DNA from: a virus
Taxonomy: Duplodnaviria > Caudoviricetes
Reading direction: 5' to 3' (one strand)
Length of the DNA: 64,000 nucleotides
Virus record (IMG/VR): IMGVR_UViG_3300037483_000648
Location: 708 to 64,707 of that record
Shown: piece after piece, positions 63,691 through 64,000 of the stretch
Layout: each line of letters starts with the position of its first letter
How positions within the stretch are numbered: position 1 is the stretch's first letter
Translations under genes and position numbers: made by a program
Notes under the pieces: generated by a model
Told to the model about the DNA's origin: nothing
The model's input: only the letters and a program-made list of their open reading frames with translations
The model's database searches: none

Positions 63691-64000
63691 ATGAGTAGAC
63701 CTACCCCCGGCGATGTCCATGTAAATACGCCGTTGACCAACATCTCGATTGCCTATATGCAGTCGGCAGCTGGTTTTATTTCCAATCAAGTTTTCCCTAA
63801 TATCCCAGTCACCAAACAGTCTGATCGGTATTATGTCTATGACCGTGGTGAGTTCAACCGTGATGAGATGGCAGAAAGAGCACCGGGCACCGAATCTGCA
63901 GGCGGATCTTACAAGTTGGACAATACACCAACATATTTCAGTAAGGTGTATGCATTCCACAAAGATATCCCCGATGAGCTTCGGGCTAACTCTGATTCTG
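63691..64000 (+). CDS. Major capsid protein, N-terminal part (3' partial)
   Basis: AAGGAG RBS; VHVNTPLTNISIAY...QVFP.IPV.KQSDRYY. Confidence 0.9.
   Translation, partial: MSRPTPGDVHVNTPLTNISIAYMQSAAGFISNQVFPNIPVTKQSDRYYVYDRGEFNRDEMAERAPGTESAGGSYKLDNTPTYFSKVYAFHKDIPDELRANSDS

Noticed and set aside
165-63960. Numerous antisense or nested ORFs of 60-155 aa (e.g. 13447-13854, 30736-31164, 51094-51627, 62791-63258)
   Set aside because: They lie opposite well-supported genes, lack RBSs and motifs, and violate the two-arm strand organisation.
1-64000. Prophage / lysogeny module
   Set aside because: No integrase, CI-like repressor, partition genes or flanking host genes recognised; the ends join within the capsid gene.

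Overview
Almost complete genome of a tailed dsDNA phage with siphovirus morphology. The window opens in the last 36 codons of the major capsid gene and closes in its first 103 codons, so the assembly looks circular and slightly longer than 64 kb (inference). The + strand late arm runs from 56349 through the window junction to 22288: terminase, portal, head genes, a cluster of signal-peptide-bearing fibre/adhesin proteins, lysis genes, neck, tail tube, tape measure, tail tip and a second endolysin. The - strand arm (22254-55959) carries a nearly self-sufficient replication/recombination set: DnaE split by an intein around a GIY-YIG endonuclease, beta clamp, clamp loader, DnaB, DnaC-like loader, primase, SSB, RecA/UvsX, UvsY, UvsW-like helicase, split SbcC plus SbcD, and endonuclease VII. 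It also carries a GREB1/TAGT-like glycosyltransferase next to UDP-glucuronate decarboxylase, one tRNA(CAT) and two enlarged tRNA-like RNAs. I found no integrase, repressor, CRISPR array or reverse transcriptase. An anaerobic Gram-negative host (e.g. Desulfobacterota) is only a weak guess, from the ferredoxin and the lipoprotein. All product calls are by-eye motif recognition; no database searches were run. Best candidates for new biology: (1) four Sec-exported fibre-like proteins behind a head-spike base gene, (2) a possible xylosylation pathway for DNA or virion, (3) tRNA-Leu-like RNAs with large inserted arms, (4) a lipoprotein phospholipase A2 in the lysis cassette.
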